Under the pieces are notes generated by a model that did not search any database, was not told the DNA's origin, and saw nothing but the letters and a program-made list of their open reading frames with translations. The translations under genes and the position numbers were made by a program. Below are positions 26,321 to 37,323 of a stretch of DNA of 37,323 bases, one piece after another (the first letter of the stretch is position 1; each line of letters starts with the position of its first letter). The stretch lies in sequence record SRR22947727_72; one strand, given 5' to 3'.

Positions 26321-27124
26321 TTAAATCTTAATCTTTAAATTTTGATCGGAAGCAGCATTTAGAATGAACTGCCATGCAGTCCTGCCTGTTCTATTACCTC
26401 GCTGGAGACTCCATTGAATTGCTTTTTTGCTAATTTTTTCATCATAATTAATATTATAATGTAAACAATAAGTCTCAACTATTTTTAGATAATCTTTCTG
26501 CGATAATTTATGAAAACCAATCCACAAGCCGAACCTGTCACTAAGGCTTATTTTTTCTTCAACACTTTCATCTGTATGTATTGCTGAAGATCTTTCATTG
26601 TCAATCATGTCTCTAGGCATAAGATGCCTTCTATTTGATGAAACACATAATAAAATATTTGTCGGTTGGTTTTGGATACTACCGTCTAATGTGGATTTAA
26701 TAATTTTATAATCGCTATCAATTTTTTCAAAAGACAAGTCATCAATAAAAATAATAAATCTAAAATGATTATATTTTCCTAAAACTGAATAAATATATTC
26801 AATATCAAAAATATCATTTTTATTTAATTGTATTAGTTTTAAATTTTTAAATGAAGTTAGGATTTTATTAAAAACAGATTTTATTAAAGAGCTTTTACCG
26901 TTACCTCTTGCCCCCCAAAGTAACGCATTATTAGTAAAATTTCCTTTAGCAAAATTTATTGTATTTTTTAAGAGTATTTGTTTCTGACTATCCACTCCAA
27001 TAATTAGTTTTAAATCCAGAGTTTTGAATTGCTTGATAGTTTCAATATTTTTCTTTTTACTGTTCCAAATAAAGTAAGAGTTTTGCTTTATTTTTTCTTT
27101 AAAAAAATAGTTTTTTAAAAACAT
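26321..27124 (-). CDS. DUF815 family AAA+ ATPase
   Basis: Walker A GARGNGKS, Walker B IIFIDDLSF, SNRRHLMP and EEKISLSDRFGLW. Confidence 0.88.
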   Translation of the reverse strand: MFLKNYFFKEKIKQNSYFIWNSKKKNIETIKQFKTLDLKLIIGVDSQKQILLKNTINFAKGNFTNNALLWGARGNGKSSLIKSVFNKILTSFKNLKLIQLNKNDIFDIEYIYSVLGKYNHFRFIIFIDDLSFEKIDSDYKIIKSTLDGSIQNQPTNILLCVSSNRRHLMPRDMIDNERSSAIHTDESVEEKISLSDRFGLWIGFHKLSQKDYLKIVETYCLHYNINYDEKISKKAIQWSLQRGNRTGRTAWQFILNAASDQNLKIKI

Positions 27125-27200
27125 GTATTTTTGTTAGTTTAATTGCTTTTTTCTTTTACACAGTATAAGAAATCACTCAAATTAATAATCAAGGAAAATT

Positions 27201-27551
27201 ATGGAATCTATCGGCGCTTTTCTACCATTAATTTTGATTTTTGGTGTTTTTTATATCCTGTTAATACGACCTCAGCAAAAAAAGGTTAAAGCACATCGTG
27301 AAATGTTAAATAACTTACGTAGAGGTGATAAAATCATAACTTCAGGTGGAATAATTGGAACAGTGAATAAAGTTGCAGATAATAGAGAATTGCAAGTTCA
27401 AGTTTCAGAGAATGTTGAAATAAAAATAGCTCCTGGAATGGTCGCAGATTTATATACTTCAACTGAACCAAATAAAAAACAACCTACAAAAGAAAATCAA
27501 AATGAAAAAAAAGGTGGATTATTTTCAGGTCTATTAGGTAATAAAAAATAA
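27201..27551 (+). CDS. yajC: Preprotein translocase subunit YajC
   Basis: FYILLIRPQQK and GDKIITSGGIIG. It precedes secDF. Confidence 0.95.
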   Translation: MESIGAFLPLILIFGVFYILLIRPQQKKVKAHREMLNNLRRGDKIITSGGIIGTVNKVADNRELQVQVSENVEIKIAPGMVADLYTSTEPNKKQPTKENQNEKKGGLFSGLLGNKK

Positions 27552-27557
27552 AAAAAT

Positions 27558-29108
27558 ATGAAAAATTATCCTTTATGGAAGATTTTTATAGTTTTTATTT
27601 TAGTATCTTTAGGGGTAGTTTTTGCTATTCCATCAATATTATATCAAGAAGATACTGGAAACTGGTATCTAGACAATCGCTTAAACCTTGGTTTAGATCT
27701 TCAAGGAGGATCATATCTGCTTCTTGAAGTTCAAACAGATGTTTTAATTGAAGAAGAGTTTGAGAATTTTAGTGACACTGTTAGATTTATTGCAAGAGAA
27801 AATAGAGTTAAAATCAATAACATTGAAAGAATTGATGAGGAGCTTAAGGTTCGGTTTGACTCTGAAGAAAAGCTTGATGAAATAAGAAGTTCATTTTTAC
27901 AAAATTACCGCTCGGTTAAGTTTACTGTTAAAAATAATATTGCTTCTATTTCAATTGATCAATTATATAAGAAATCCATTAAAGATTCTGCAATTAAACA
28001 ATCTTTAGAAATTGTAAGAAAAAGAATAGATGAATCTGGTACAAAAGAACCTTTAATTCAGCGATCTGGAAGTGAAAGAATACTTCTTCAATTACCTGGT
28101 GTTAAAAACCCAGAGAGGATCAAAGATCTATTAGGTAAAACTGCAAAGTTAAATTTCCACATGGTTGATGATGATGACTCAAAATCATTATCTCTAAATA
28201 TTGCTACATTTGGAAAAATGATTGTTTCAGATATTAATAATGAAGAAGTAAAATATTTATTAGAGAAGAAATCTAGGGTTGGAGGTGAAAATTTAATAGA
28301 TGCAAATGCATCATTTGATCCAACTGAGGGCCACGCAGTTTCTTTCAGGTTTGATACAACTGGTGCTCAAAAATTTGGTAAAGCTACTTCAGAAAATATT
28401 GGAAAAAGATTTGCAGTAGTCTTAGACGGCGTTGTTATCACTGCACCTGTTATTAATTCTGCTATAACTGGTGGTTCAGGTATTATAACTGGAAATTTCA
28501 CTTCACAAGAAGCAGCAGATCTTGCTGTTTTATTAAGAGCAGGTGCTTTGCCTGCCCCACTTGAGATTGTTGAAGAACGTTCAGTAGGTCCTGGCTTAGG
28601 AGCTGATTCTATTGCTGCTGGTAAAATTGCATCTATAATTGGAATGATACTTGTTTGTATTTTTATGATAATTATTTATGGATCTTTTGGCGTAATTGCT
28701 AATATCTCACTTATTGCCAATCTTTTTATAATTGTATCTTTATTAGGCACTATTGGAGCTACTTTGACACTTCCTGGTATAGCAGGGATTGTTCTTACTA
28801 TTGGTATGGCAGTTGATGCTAACGTTTTAATTTTTGAAAGAATAAAAGAAGAGAGCGTTAAAAATAAAAAAATTTATGAAACTATCAAAAAAGGGTTTGA
28901 TAGGGCACTCTCAACTATTTTAGATGCAAATATTACAACTTTAATTGCCTCATTATTGTTATTTGTATTTGGATCAGGTCCAATAAAAGGATTTTCTATT
29001 ACTTTGTCTTTAGGTGTAATTGCTTCTATGTTTACTGCACTTATGCTTACCAATCTATTAGTTCACCTTTACGTTTCATTTACTTCTAAAAAGGAGATTA
29101 ATTTATAA
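27558..29108 (+). CDS. secD: Protein translocase subunit SecD
   Basis: LGLDLQGG, LRAGALPA, VGPGLG and GMAVDANVLIFERI. Confidence 0.97.
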   Translation: MKNYPLWKIFIVFILVSLGVVFAIPSILYQEDTGNWYLDNRLNLGLDLQGGSYLLLEVQTDVLIEEEFENFSDTVRFIARENRVKINNIERIDEELKVRFDSEEKLDEIRSSFLQNYRSVKFTVKNNIASISIDQLYKKSIKDSAIKQSLEIVRKRIDESGTKEPLIQRSGSERILLQLPGVKNPERIKDLLGKTAKLNFHMVDDDDSKSLSLNIATFGKMIVSDINNEEVKYLLEKKSRVGGENLIDANASFDPTEGHAVSFRFDTTGAQKFGKATSENIGKRFAVVLDGVVITAPVINSAITGGSGIITGNFTSQEAADLAVLLRAGALPAPLEIVEERSVGPGLGADSIAAGKIASIIGMILVCIFMIIIYGSFGVIANISLIANLFIIVSLLGTIGATLTLPGIAGIVLTIGMAVDANVLIFERIKEESVKNKKIYETIKKGFDRALSTILDANITTLIASLLLFVFGSGPIKGFSITLSLGVIASMFTALMLTNLLVHLYVSFTSKKEINL

Positions 29109-30016
29109 TGTTTGGTTTAAATAAAATTATACCCGTTGACTCAGATTATAAATTTCTTAATTTTAGAAAAAATTTTTATATAGCATCCGGTATTGCAATA
29201 TTTTTATCTTTGCTCCTTTTATTTTTTAAAGGATTAAATTTAGGTATAGATTTTAAAGGTGGTACGTTAATTGAAGTTAGTACTAATAATAGCAGCATTG
29301 GTGAATTAAGAGATATATTATCTCCTAATTTTAACGAAGTTTCACTTCAAGAGTTTGGAGATGATAAAACAATAATCATTAGACTTCAAAATGAAAATAA
29401 TCAGGAAAGTATTGAAACTGTAAATAAAGTAAAACAACTTATTAATGACAAAGTTTTAGAATTTAGAAGGTCTGAATTTGTAGGACCCACTGTTAGCTCT
29501 GAATTATTGTGGAAGGGTTTTCAGGCAGTTTCTTTTGCTCTAATAGCAATTCTAATCTATATTTGGCTACGTTTTGAATGGCAATTTGGCTTTGGTGCAG
29601 TTGTTGCTCTAACGCACGATGTTTTATTTACTCTTGGAGTTTTATCAATTCTAAATGTAGAATTTTCTTTATCAACAATAGCTGCTGTTCTCACAATAGC
29701 AGGTTATTCAATTAATGATACGGTAGTAATTTTTGATAGAGTAAGAGAAAATTTGAGAAAATACAAAAATATTGATCTGATAGAAGTTTTTAATATGTCT
29801 ATTAATAATACTTTGTCTAGAACGGTAATGACTAGTATTACAACTCTTTTAGCCCTTGTCTCTCTCTATTTATTTGGAGGTGAGGTTATAAAGCCTTTTG
29901 CTTTAACAATGATTATTGGTGTTTTAGTAGGAACTTATTCATCTATTTTTATTGCGGTCCCAACCCTTCTAGTTTTTAAGTTTAGACCGCAAGATGAAGA
30001 TGAAAATGAAAATTAA
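29108..30016 (+). CDS. secF: Protein translocase subunit SecF
   Basis: LGIDFKGG, VGPTVS and GYSINDTVVIFDRVRE. Confidence 0.97.
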   Translation: MFGLNKIIPVDSDYKFLNFRKNFYIASGIAIFLSLLLLFFKGLNLGIDFKGGTLIEVSTNNSSIGELRDILSPNFNEVSLQEFGDDKTIIIRLQNENNQESIETVNKVKQLINDKVLEFRRSEFVGPTVSSELLWKGFQAVSFALIAILIYIWLRFEWQFGFGAVVALTHDVLFTLGVLSILNVEFSLSTIAAVLTIAGYSINDTVVIFDRVRENLRKYKNIDLIEVFNMSINNTLSRTVMTSITTLLALVSLYLFGGEVIKPFALTMIIGVLVGTYSSIFIAVPTLLVFKFRPQDEDENEN

Positions 30017-30017
30017 T

Positions 30018-30617
30018 TTATAAGTTTTTAGAAAATTCTTCTGATACTTTTTCCCAGTTAACAAGATTATCAACAAAGGCCCTTAAATAATCAGGACGTC
30101 TATTTCTGTAATCAACGTAATAGGAATGCTCCCAAACATCACAACCTAAAAGTGGTGTGTGACCATGAACTATAGGATTTTCAGCATTAGGCGTTTTAGT
30201 AATTTCCAATTTTCCATTATTCAATACAAGCCAGCACCAACCAGAACCAAATTGACCTATTCCAGCGTTTATAAATGCTTCTTTCATGCTCTCAACAGAT
30301 TCGAAATCCTCGTTTATTTTGTGTTCTAATTCTGAGGGTATTTTGCCATTAGGGTTATTTTTCATTATTTCCCAAAAATGCATGTGATTGAGGTGTTGAG
30401 AAACGTTATTAAAAACTGGTGCATTTTTGTTAAATGAATTTTTTACAATGTCTTCTATTGAATCTTCATTGAAATTATTTTCTTTAATAAATTTATTACC
30501 ATTAGTTACATAGGCCATATGATGTTTGTCATGATGTAATTCTAAAGTTTCAGCTGACATATAAGGTGCTAATGCGTCTTTACTATATGGTAAATCAGGT
30601 AATTCTAAATTTATCAT
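30018..30617 (-). CDS. sodB: Fe/Mn superoxide dismutase, Fe-type signature
   Basis: HHDKHH, FNNVSQHLNH, FGSGWCW and DVWEHSYY. Confidence 0.9.
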   Translation of the reverse strand: MINLELPDLPYSKDALAPYMSAETLELHHDKHHMAYVTNGNKFIKENNFNEDSIEDIVKNSFNKNAPVFNNVSQHLNHMHFWEIMKNNPNGKIPSELEHKINEDFESVESMKEAFINAGIGQFGSGWCWLVLNNGKLEITKTPNAENPIVHGHTPLLGCDVWEHSYYVDYRNRRPDYLRAFVDNLVNWEKVSEEFSKNL

Positions 30618-30632
30618 TTCTTGATCCTTTAA

Positions 30633-33437
30633 TTATAAAATTTGTTTAAGAAAACTACCAGTAAAGCTTTTTTTGATATTTGCAATATCTTCAGGTGTTC
30701 CTTTGCCAATGATTTGTCCACCTTTAGTTCCACCAAGCGGGCCTAAATCTATTAAATAATCTGCAGTTTTTATGACATCTAAATTATGTTCTATTACTAT
30801 GACTGTGTTACCTTCATCTACTAATGTGTGAAGAATTTTTAATAACTTATTTACATCGTCAAAGTGCAAACCTGTTGTAGGTTCGTCTAGAATGTATAGA
30901 GTTTTTCCTGTAGATCTTTTTGATAGCTCTTTAGATAGTTTTATTCTTTGAGCTTCACCACCTGACAATGTTGTCGCAGATTGACCTATTTTGATATAAT
31001 CAAGACCAACTTCCATTAAAGTTTTTAATTTCTGTTTTATGGATGGAATTTTAGAGAAAAAATTGTAACCCTCTTCTACAGTCATGTCCAAAACTTCAGC
31101 TATAGATTTATTATTATATTTTACTTCAAGGGTTTCTCTATTGTAACGTTTACCCTTGCAAATATCACATTCAACATAAACATCAGCAAGAAAATGCATT
31201 TCAATTTTTTTCACACCATCACCCTCACAAGATTCACATCTTCCTCCTTTAACATTAAAAGAGAATCTTCCAGGTTTATAACCTCTTGCTGCTGATTCAT
31301 TTAATCCAGCAAACCAATCTCTTATCGGCGTAAAACATCCTGTGTAAGTAGCTGGATTTGATCTTGGCGTTCTTCCAATAGGTGACTGATCTATGTCAAT
31401 AACCTTATCAATATTTTTTATTCCCTTAAAGTTGAAATAGCTTTCATCTTTATTTAGAGATTTATTAAAATATTCATCTACTCTTTTGTAAAGTGTATCA
31501 ATTATTAATGATGATTTACCGCTACCGGATACTCCAGTAACACATATAAAGTTTCCTAATGGAAATTTTACTTCAAGATTATTGAGATTATTTGTTTTTA
31601 TTTTTTGCAATGTGAATATTTTATTTTTATTAAATATTCTTCTATTTTTTGGAACTTCTATTTTCTTCTTTTTATTAAGATACTGAGCAGTTAAACTAGA
31701 TTTATTTTTAAGAATTTTCTTAAGATTTCCTTCAGCTACTACTTCACCTCCATGAATTCCAGCTTTTATACCTATATCAATAATATGGTCAGCTTGTTTT
31801 ATTGCATCTTCATCATGCTCTACTACAATAACAGTATTACCAAGATCTCTAAGTCTAAATAATGTATTTATTAATTGCTGATTATCTTTTTGATGAAGTC
31901 CAATTGATGGCTCATCAAGAACATATAAAACCCCTGTTAATCCTGACCCAATCTGGCTTGCCAATCTTATCCTTTGACTTTCTCCACCCGATAAACTTTT
32001 ACTTGCACGTGATAGTGAAAGATAATCTAACCCAACTCTATTTAAAAACTCTAACCTATCTTTAATTTCTTTAATTACACCTTCTGCTATTTTATTTTCA
32101 TTTGGTGATAAATTTTGTTTTAGTTTGTTAAACCAATCAAAACATTCATCTATAGATTTTTTAGTTATTTCTCCTATGTGATGGTTAGCAATTTTAACTG
32201 CTAGTGCTTTTTTATTTAATCGGAACCCATTGCAAACTTCACAATCTCTTTCTGATAGATATTTCTCTAACTCATATTGTACCCACCATCTCTCAGTTTC
32301 AGAGTATTTTCTATCAATAAAGTTAATTATTCCCTCGAAATCACTTATAAAACTCTCGTTACTATTTTCATCTCCATATAAAATGATGCTCTGAATATCA
32401 TTAGGGATTTTGTACCAAGGTGTTTTAATATCGACTTTGTATACTTTTAATATTTTTGAAATTGTTTCAACAAAAAATTTTTTTTGATATCCAAAAACCT
32501 TAGTTTCCCATGGTTTAATAGCACCATTTAATATCGACCTCGAGTCATCTGGAACAATCTTTTTATCATCAAAATATTTCTCTACTCCTATTCCATCACA
32601 CTCTTCGCATGCTCCCATAGGAGCATTGAAGCTAAATAACCTAGGTTCAATTTCTTCAATTGAAAACCCAGATACAGGACATGCAAACTTTGATGAAAAA
32701 GTTGTTATTTTTTTTGACTCTAAATTTTCTAAATAAACTAAACCATCAGAGAGAGTAAGAGCAACCTCAACACTTTCTGCTAATCTTTGTTGGATATTAT
32801 TTTTAATAACTAATCTATCAACTAATACATCAATATTATGTTTAAAATTTTTTTTTAGATTAGGAACATCGTCAATTTCATAAATGCCCCCATCAACTTT
32901 TAATCTTTGAAAACCTTTTTTCTTTAGTTCTTCAATTTCTTTTTTGTACTCACCTTTTCTATCTCTAACAATAGGAGATAAGATGTAAGCTTTATTATTT
33001 TTATTTGTATTAATAATATTATCGCAAATTTCACTTACAGTTTGCGATTTAATGGGAAGTCCAGTTGTGGGAGAATAGGGAACACCAACTCTAGCAAATA
33101 AAACTCTTAAATAATCATAAATTTCTGTAACAGTTCCTACCGTACTTCTAGGATTTTTTTGAGTTGTTTTTTGTTCTATTGAAATTGCTGGAGATAAACC
33201 TTCAATAGCATCTACATCAGGTTTGTTCATCATTTGTAAAAACTGTCTAGCGTATGCTGATAAACTTTCTACATACTTTCTCTGTCCTTCTGAATAAATT
33301 GTATCAAACGCTAAAGTTGATTTCCCTGAGCCACTTACGCCAGTTATTACAACGAGCTTATTTTTAGGAATTTCTAAACTAATATTTTTTAGGTTATGCT
33401 CTCTTGCACCTTTTATAACAATTTTATCTTGATTCAT
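30633..33437 (-). CDS. uvrA: Excinuclease ABC subunit A
   Basis: GAREHNLKN, two GVSGSGKS Walker A motifs, two LSGGE signatures and Zn-finger cysteines. Confidence 0.98.
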   Translation of the reverse strand: MNQDKIVIKGAREHNLKNISLEIPKNKLVVITGVSGSGKSTLAFDTIYSEGQRKYVESLSAYARQFLQMMNKPDVDAIEGLSPAISIEQKTTQKNPRSTVGTVTEIYDYLRVLFARVGVPYSPTTGLPIKSQTVSEICDNIINTNKNNKAYILSPIVRDRKGEYKKEIEELKKKGFQRLKVDGGIYEIDDVPNLKKNFKHNIDVLVDRLVIKNNIQQRLAESVEVALTLSDGLVYLENLESKKITTFSSKFACPVSGFSIEEIEPRLFSFNAPMGACEECDGIGVEKYFDDKKIVPDDSRSILNGAIKPWETKVFGYQKKFFVETISKILKVYKVDIKTPWYKIPNDIQSIILYGDENSNESFISDFEGIINFIDRKYSETERWWVQYELEKYLSERDCEVCNGFRLNKKALAVKIANHHIGEITKKSIDECFDWFNKLKQNLSPNENKIAEGVIKEIKDRLEFLNRVGLDYLSLSRASKSLSGGESQRIRLASQIGSGLTGVLYVLDEPSIGLHQKDNQQLINTLFRLRDLGNTVIVVEHDEDAIKQADHIIDIGIKAGIHGGEVVAEGNLKKILKNKSSLTAQYLNKKKKIEVPKNRRIFNKNKIFTLQKIKTNNLNNLEVKFPLGNFICVTGVSGSGKSSLIIDTLYKRVDEYFNKSLNKDESYFNFKGIKNIDKVIDIDQSPIGRTPRSNPATYTGCFTPIRDWFAGLNESAARGYKPGRFSFNVKGGRCESCEGDGVKKIEMHFLADVYVECDICKGKRYNRETLEVKYNNKSIAEVLDMTVEEGYNFFSKIPSIKQKLKTLMEVGLDYIKIGQSATTLSGGEAQRIKLSKELSKRSTGKTLYILDEPTTGLHFDDVNKLLKILHTLVDEGNTVIVIEHNLDVIKTADYLIDLGPLGGTKGGQIIGKGTPEDIANIKKSFTGSFLKQIL

Positions 33438-33493
33438 TAATTTACTGATGGTTTATTTAAACAAACTGTTATAAAGATATATATATAAAATTT

Positions 33494-33967
33494 ATGGTTG
33501 GTAGTGTTAATAAGGTAATACTTTTGGGTAATTTAGGACGTGATCCTGAAATCAGATCTATGCAATCTGGAAGCAAAATGGCAAATTTTTCTATTGCCAC
33601 CTCGAAACGTTGGAAAGACCGAAACACTCAGGAGCAAAAAGAAAAAACATCATGGCATAATATTGTTATATTTGGAGATGGCCTTGTTGATATCGTTGAA
33701 AAATATGTAAAAAAAGGCTCCAAAGTTTATGTTGAGGGAGAGTTACAAACTCGTAAATGGCAAGATCAAGAAGGAAAAGACAGATATACAACTGAAGTAA
33801 TACTTCAGGGATATAACTGTAACTTAACACTGCTAGACTCAAGAAATCAATCAAGTAATTCTATTGAAAATCAATCTGACAGTATGCAAGATAACTCTAT
33901 TTCAGACGACAGTTTTGGTTCTAATTCAACTGATTCTTCCGATTTAGATGAGGACATTCCTTTTTAA
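33494..33967 (+). CDS. ssb: Single-stranded DNA-binding protein
   Basis: [15 protein letters not shown] and acidic C-terminal DEDIPF. It is divergent from uvrA. Confidence 0.98.
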   Translation: MVGSVNKVILLGNLGRDPEIRSMQSGSKMANFSIATSKRWKDRNTQEQKEKTSWHNIVIFGDGLVDIVEKYVKKGSKVYVEGELQTRKWQDQEGKDRYTTEVILQGYNCNLTLLDSRNQSSNSIENQSDSMQDNSISDDSFGSNSTDSSDLDEDIPF

Positions 33968-34042
33968 TATTCTAAATAAAATTATTAATCTAATTAATTG
34001 AAAAATATAAATTTTTATTTCGTTCATTTATATTTTATAACA

Positions 34043-34071
34043 TTGTATTACCTATTTGAATTTGTTATAAA
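34043..34071 (+). promoter_or_regulatory. Putative sigma70 promoter of gyrA
   Basis: TTGTAT (34043-34048), 17 nt spacer, TATAAA (34066-34071), with extended -10 TG at 34063-34064. Confidence 0.5.
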
Positions 34072-34107
34072 TAAATTGAAATTTTCCCCAGAAAACCAAT
34101 AAAATTT

Positions 34108-36774
34108 GTGTCAGATAATAATATAAACTCAGAAGGAAGTAAGCCTGATAATATATCAAATATCTCCTTAGTTGAGGAGATGCAAAAATCTTACTTAGAT
34201 TATGCTATGTCAGTAATCGTAAGTAGAGCTTTACCTGATTGTAGAGACGGTCTTAAGCCTGTTCATAGGAGAATTCTTTACGCTATGAATGAATCGGGTT
34301 ATAATTTTAATAAACCTTATAGAAAATCTGCAAGAATAGTTGGTGATGTTATGGGTAAATATCACCCCCATGGAGATGGTGCGATCTACCAGTCAATGGT
34401 TAGAATGGCTCAGCATTTTTCCATGAGATTAGAGTTAATTGATGGTCAGGGTAATTTTGGCTCTCAAGACGGTGATCCTCCTGCAGCAATGAGATATACA
34501 GAAGCTAGGCTTGCTAAAGTAGCTGAAAGGATTGTCTCTGATTTAGAGAAGGAAACAATTAATTTTCAGCCAAACTATGATGATAGCACAATGGAGCCAT
34601 CTGTTTTGCCTGCTCAATACCCAAATTTACTTGTGAATGGCGCTTCAGGGATAGCTGTTGGAATGGCAACTAATATTGCTCCTCATAATTTAGGTGAGGT
34701 AATAGACGCTACTCTTCACTTAATAGAAAACCCAAATTCTGAATTAGAAGATTTGACTAAATATATATTTGGTCCTGATTTTCCAACTGGAGGTCAGATA
34801 ATTGGTAAAAAAGGTATTATAGATGCTTTTCAAACAGGTAAGGGTGGTGTTGTCCTTAGGTCAAAAACTTCAATTGAAAATTTTAAAAAAGATAGAGAGG
34901 CAATAATAATACATGAAGTTCCCTATCAGGTAAATAAAGCTAAGCTTATAGAAAGAATAGCTGAGACTGCAAAAAATAATATTATTGAAGGAATATCAGA
35001 TCTAAGAGATGAGTCTGATCGTAATGGTGTCCGTGTTGTTATTGAGTTAAAAAAAGATGTTGATTCAAAAATAATTTTAAATCAACTTTATAAAAACACA
35101 CTTCTTCAAACTACTTTTAACTCCAATATGCTTGCCTTGAACAAAGGCAAACCAGAACAAATGAATCTAAAAGAAATGTTAGTTGCTTTTATTGATTTTA
35201 GAGAAGAAGTGGTAACTAAAAGAACAATCTTTGATTTAAATAAAGCAAGAGATAAAGCTCATGTGTTGTTAGGATTAGTTGTAGCCAATGCAAATATTGA
35301 TGAAATAATAGAATTAATTAAATCATCTAAAGACTCTAAAGAAGCTAGACAAAAATTAATAAATAAGAAATGGGAGTTAAGTGAGCAAAACATAAATTTT
35401 ATAAAATTAGTGGATGAAGGTACAACTCAATTAAATAATAATATATTTACATTATCGGAGTCTCAAGCAAGAGCAATATTAGAATTACGACTTCATCGTC
35501 TAACTTCACTAGAGAGAGATGATATTCAAAAAGATTTAGAGCAATTAATTTTAGAAATTAAAGGTTATTTAGAAATTTTGAAGTCACGTTCAATACTTTT
35601 AGAAGAGATTAAGCAAGAATTAATTGAAATTAAAAAAGAATTTGCAACTCCTAGAAAAAGTGAAATTATTGATAGGGAGTATGAAGAGGTTGATGATTTA
35701 AAATACATCCAAAAAGAAGATATAGTAATAACTATTTCAAATAATGGCTATATCAAAAGATCTTTGCTTGAAAACTACCGTGCACAAAATAGAGGAGGAA
35801 AAGGAAAGACAGGAATGTCTACTCGAGAAGAGGATTTTGTAAAAGAAATTCATCTTGCTGACACTCATACCAAGTTATTAGTATTCTCATCTTTGGGTAA
35901 AGTTTATGCTTTAAAGTCTCATGATATTCCAGAAGCATCTCTTAAAGCAAGAGGCAAACCAATTGTAAATTTACTACCTTTTTCTAAAGAAGAAAAAATT
36001 GCTACATTTTTGCCCCTTCCTTTAGAAGAAGAAACTTGGCATGAAAGTCTTATAATTTTTGCTACTAAAAATGGCATGGTTAGGAAAAACAAACTTATTG
36101 ATGTTGCAAAAAGTGGAAAGCGAGAACTAAGAGAAACTGGTAAACTTTCTATTAAGCTTGACGCTAGCGATGAACTAATAGGAATAAAATTGGCAAATAA
36201 AGATGATGACATACTTCTTTCATCTAAAAATGGTAAATGTTTAAGATTCCCACTTGAAAAACTCAGACTTTTCTCTGGATTAAATTCCTCTGGAGTCAGG
36301 GGAATTAAGCTGGAAAAAAATAATTATGTAATTTCTCAAGCGATACTTAAACATTCCAAAATTGACATGAGTATAAGACAAGATTATCTTAGAGCGGCAT
36401 CTGAAAATAGAAAGAATACGAGCAGTCTAAGCTCTGGATTTGCTGAACTAAATAAAAATGAAGAATTTCTTTTAGCTCTAACTACAAACGGTTACGGAAA
36501 AAGATCCTCAGCTTATGAATATAGAATTTCTAATAGAGGTGGCAAAGGTATTACTGGAATTATTACTTCTGAAAAAAATGGTGAAGTTTTAGACTGTTTT
36601 GTGATCAATGAAGATGATCAAATTATACTAGTAACTGATAAGGGGCAGATAATACGTATCAACATTAATCAAATTAGAATAGCTGGAAGATCTACTAAAG
36701 GAGTTAGCGTATTTAAAATACCTGAAGGAGATTCAATTGTCTCAGTCTCTAGAATTCCAGATATAGAAACTTAA
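34108..36774 (+). CDS. gyrA: DNA gyrase subunit A
   Basis: [17 protein letters not shown], catalytic AAMRYTE and GyrA-box QNRGGKG. GTG start. Confidence 0.98.
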   Translation: MSDNNINSEGSKPDNISNISLVEEMQKSYLDYAMSVIVSRALPDCRDGLKPVHRRILYAMNESGYNFNKPYRKSARIVGDVMGKYHPHGDGAIYQSMVRMAQHFSMRLELIDGQGNFGSQDGDPPAAMRYTEARLAKVAERIVSDLEKETINFQPNYDDSTMEPSVLPAQYPNLLVNGASGIAVGMATNIAPHNLGEVIDATLHLIENPNSELEDLTKYIFGPDFPTGGQIIGKKGIIDAFQTGKGGVVLRSKTSIENFKKDREAIIIHEVPYQVNKAKLIERIAETAKNNIIEGISDLRDESDRNGVRVVIELKKDVDSKIILNQLYKNTLLQTTFNSNMLALNKGKPEQMNLKEMLVAFIDFREEVVTKRTIFDLNKARDKAHVLLGLVVANANIDEIIELIKSSKDSKEARQKLINKKWELSEQNINFIKLVDEGTTQLNNNIFTLSESQARAILELRLHRLTSLERDDIQKDLEQLILEIKGYLEILKSRSILLEEIKQELIEIKKEFATPRKSEIIDREYEEVDDLKYIQKEDIVITISNNGYIKRSLLENYRAQNRGGKGKTGMSTREEDFVKEIHLADTHTKLLVFSSLGKVYALKSHDIPEASLKARGKPIVNLLPFSKEEKIATFLPLPLEEETWHESLIIFATKNGMVRKNKLIDVAKSGKRELRETGKLSIKLDASDELIGIKLANKDDDILLSSKNGKCLRFPLEKLRLFSGLNSSGVRGIKLEKNNYVISQAILKHSKIDMSIRQDYLRAASENRKNTSSLSSGFAELNKNEEFLLALTTNGYGKRSSAYEYRISNRGGKGITGIITSEKNGEVLDCFVINEDDQIILVTDKGQIIRININQIRIAGRSTKGVSVFKIPEGDSIVSVSRIPDIET

Positions 36775-36775
36775 A

Positions 36776-37273
36776 ATGTCAAAAATTGGAATATATCCAG
36801 GAACTTTTGATCCAATGACAAATGGACATTTAAATATAATTCAGAGATCGCTAAAGGTAGTAGACAAGTTAATTATTGGAGTAGCGGATAATCTAAATAA
36901 AAAACCTTTACTTAGTATTGATGAAAGAAAAAATATAATTGCAAATGATATATACTCATTGCAGCAAAATAATAAAAATATAGAAATTCATACTGTTAAT
37001 GGACTTTTAACTGAGTTTGCAAAAATATGTGAAGCAGATTGTATTATTAGAGGGTTGAGAGCCGTCTCAGATTTTGAATATGAGTTTCAAATGACTGGAA
37101 TGAACTATCAATTAAACCCTGAAATTGAGACTATATTTTTAATGTCAGCTGATAATAATTCTTTTATTTCTTCAAATTTAGTTAAGGAAGTTCACAAGCT
37201 TGGAGGAGATGTGTCAAAATTTGTTTCTGAGAACACGATTAAAATTTTAAATAATAAAAACACATCATCATAG
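36776..37273 (+). CDS. coaD: Phosphopantetheine adenylyltransferase
   Basis: YPGTFDPMTNGH, IRGLRAVSDFEYE and ISSNLVKE. Confidence 0.97.
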   Translation: MSKIGIYPGTFDPMTNGHLNIIQRSLKVVDKLIIGVADNLNKKPLLSIDERKNIIANDIYSLQQNNKNIEIHTVNGLLTEFAKICEADCIIRGLRAVSDFEYEFQMTGMNYQLNPEIETIFLMSADNNSFISSNLVKEVHKLGGDVSKFVSENTIKILNNKNTSS

Positions 37274-37276
37274 CAC

Positions 37277-37305
37277 TTGCCTTCATTAATTTTGAACTAT
37301 ATAGA
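37277..37305 (+). promoter_or_regulatory. Putative sigma70 promoter for a gene starting at the window edge
   Basis: TTGCCT (37277-37282), 17 nt spacer, TATAGA (37300-37305). It is followed by GC-rich GGGGCCCT at the very end. Confidence 0.4.
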
Positions 37306-37323
37306 CATTTTGAGTGGGGCCCT

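Noticed and set aside
13436-36212. Remaining short nested ORFs (13436, 14037, 17612, 18167, 19130, 21190, 24718, 31862, 33666, 35919)
   Set aside because: All overlap well-supported genes, mostly on the opposite strand, and show no protein motifs.
37316-37323. Possible 5' end of a tRNA (GGGGCCCT) after a promoter-like sequence
   Set aside because: Only 8 nt lie inside the window, so it cannot be called without downstream sequence.
1-37323. CRISPR arrays, transposases, integrases, prophage or defence islands
   Set aside because: I saw no spaced direct repeats, mobility genes or compositional break. mazG here is the ordinary two-domain housekeeping type with no adjacent toxin-antitoxin genes.

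Overview
AT-rich (roughly 30% GC by eye), very compact chromosomal segment. It most resembles a streamlined marine alphaproteobacterium (SAR11-like or a related lineage; this is inferred from composition, gene order and tiny or overlapping intergenic spaces). About 36 CDS are present, with no mobile element, CRISPR array, rRNA or complete tRNA. Left: a stand-alone TrpB2, then a singlet glycine riboswitch with a 3' ghost hairpin leading a DUF1015-serC-short serA operon, then htpG. Middle: an SLT lipoprotein, M20 amidohydrolase, ABC-2 permease, DedA/VTT protein and mazG. These are followed by two tandem paralogous small membrane proteins with their own strong RBSs and terminator, a PHYHD1-like dioxygenase/nucleoside hydrolase/psuG/PfkB cluster, a kinase-M23-PLP lyase triple fusion, LysE, SRAP, BCP, an omega-transaminase and three DMT transporters. 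Right: housekeeping genes yajC-secD-secF, sodB, uvrA, ssb, gyrA and coaD. The best candidate for an undescribed system is a glycine-riboswitch-controlled O-phosphoserine module, with DUF1015 in place of SerB, an ACT-less SerA and a neighbouring TrpB2. Next are a putative modified-nucleoside scavenging cluster and the small membrane protein pair. All product calls come from motif recognition, not database searches.
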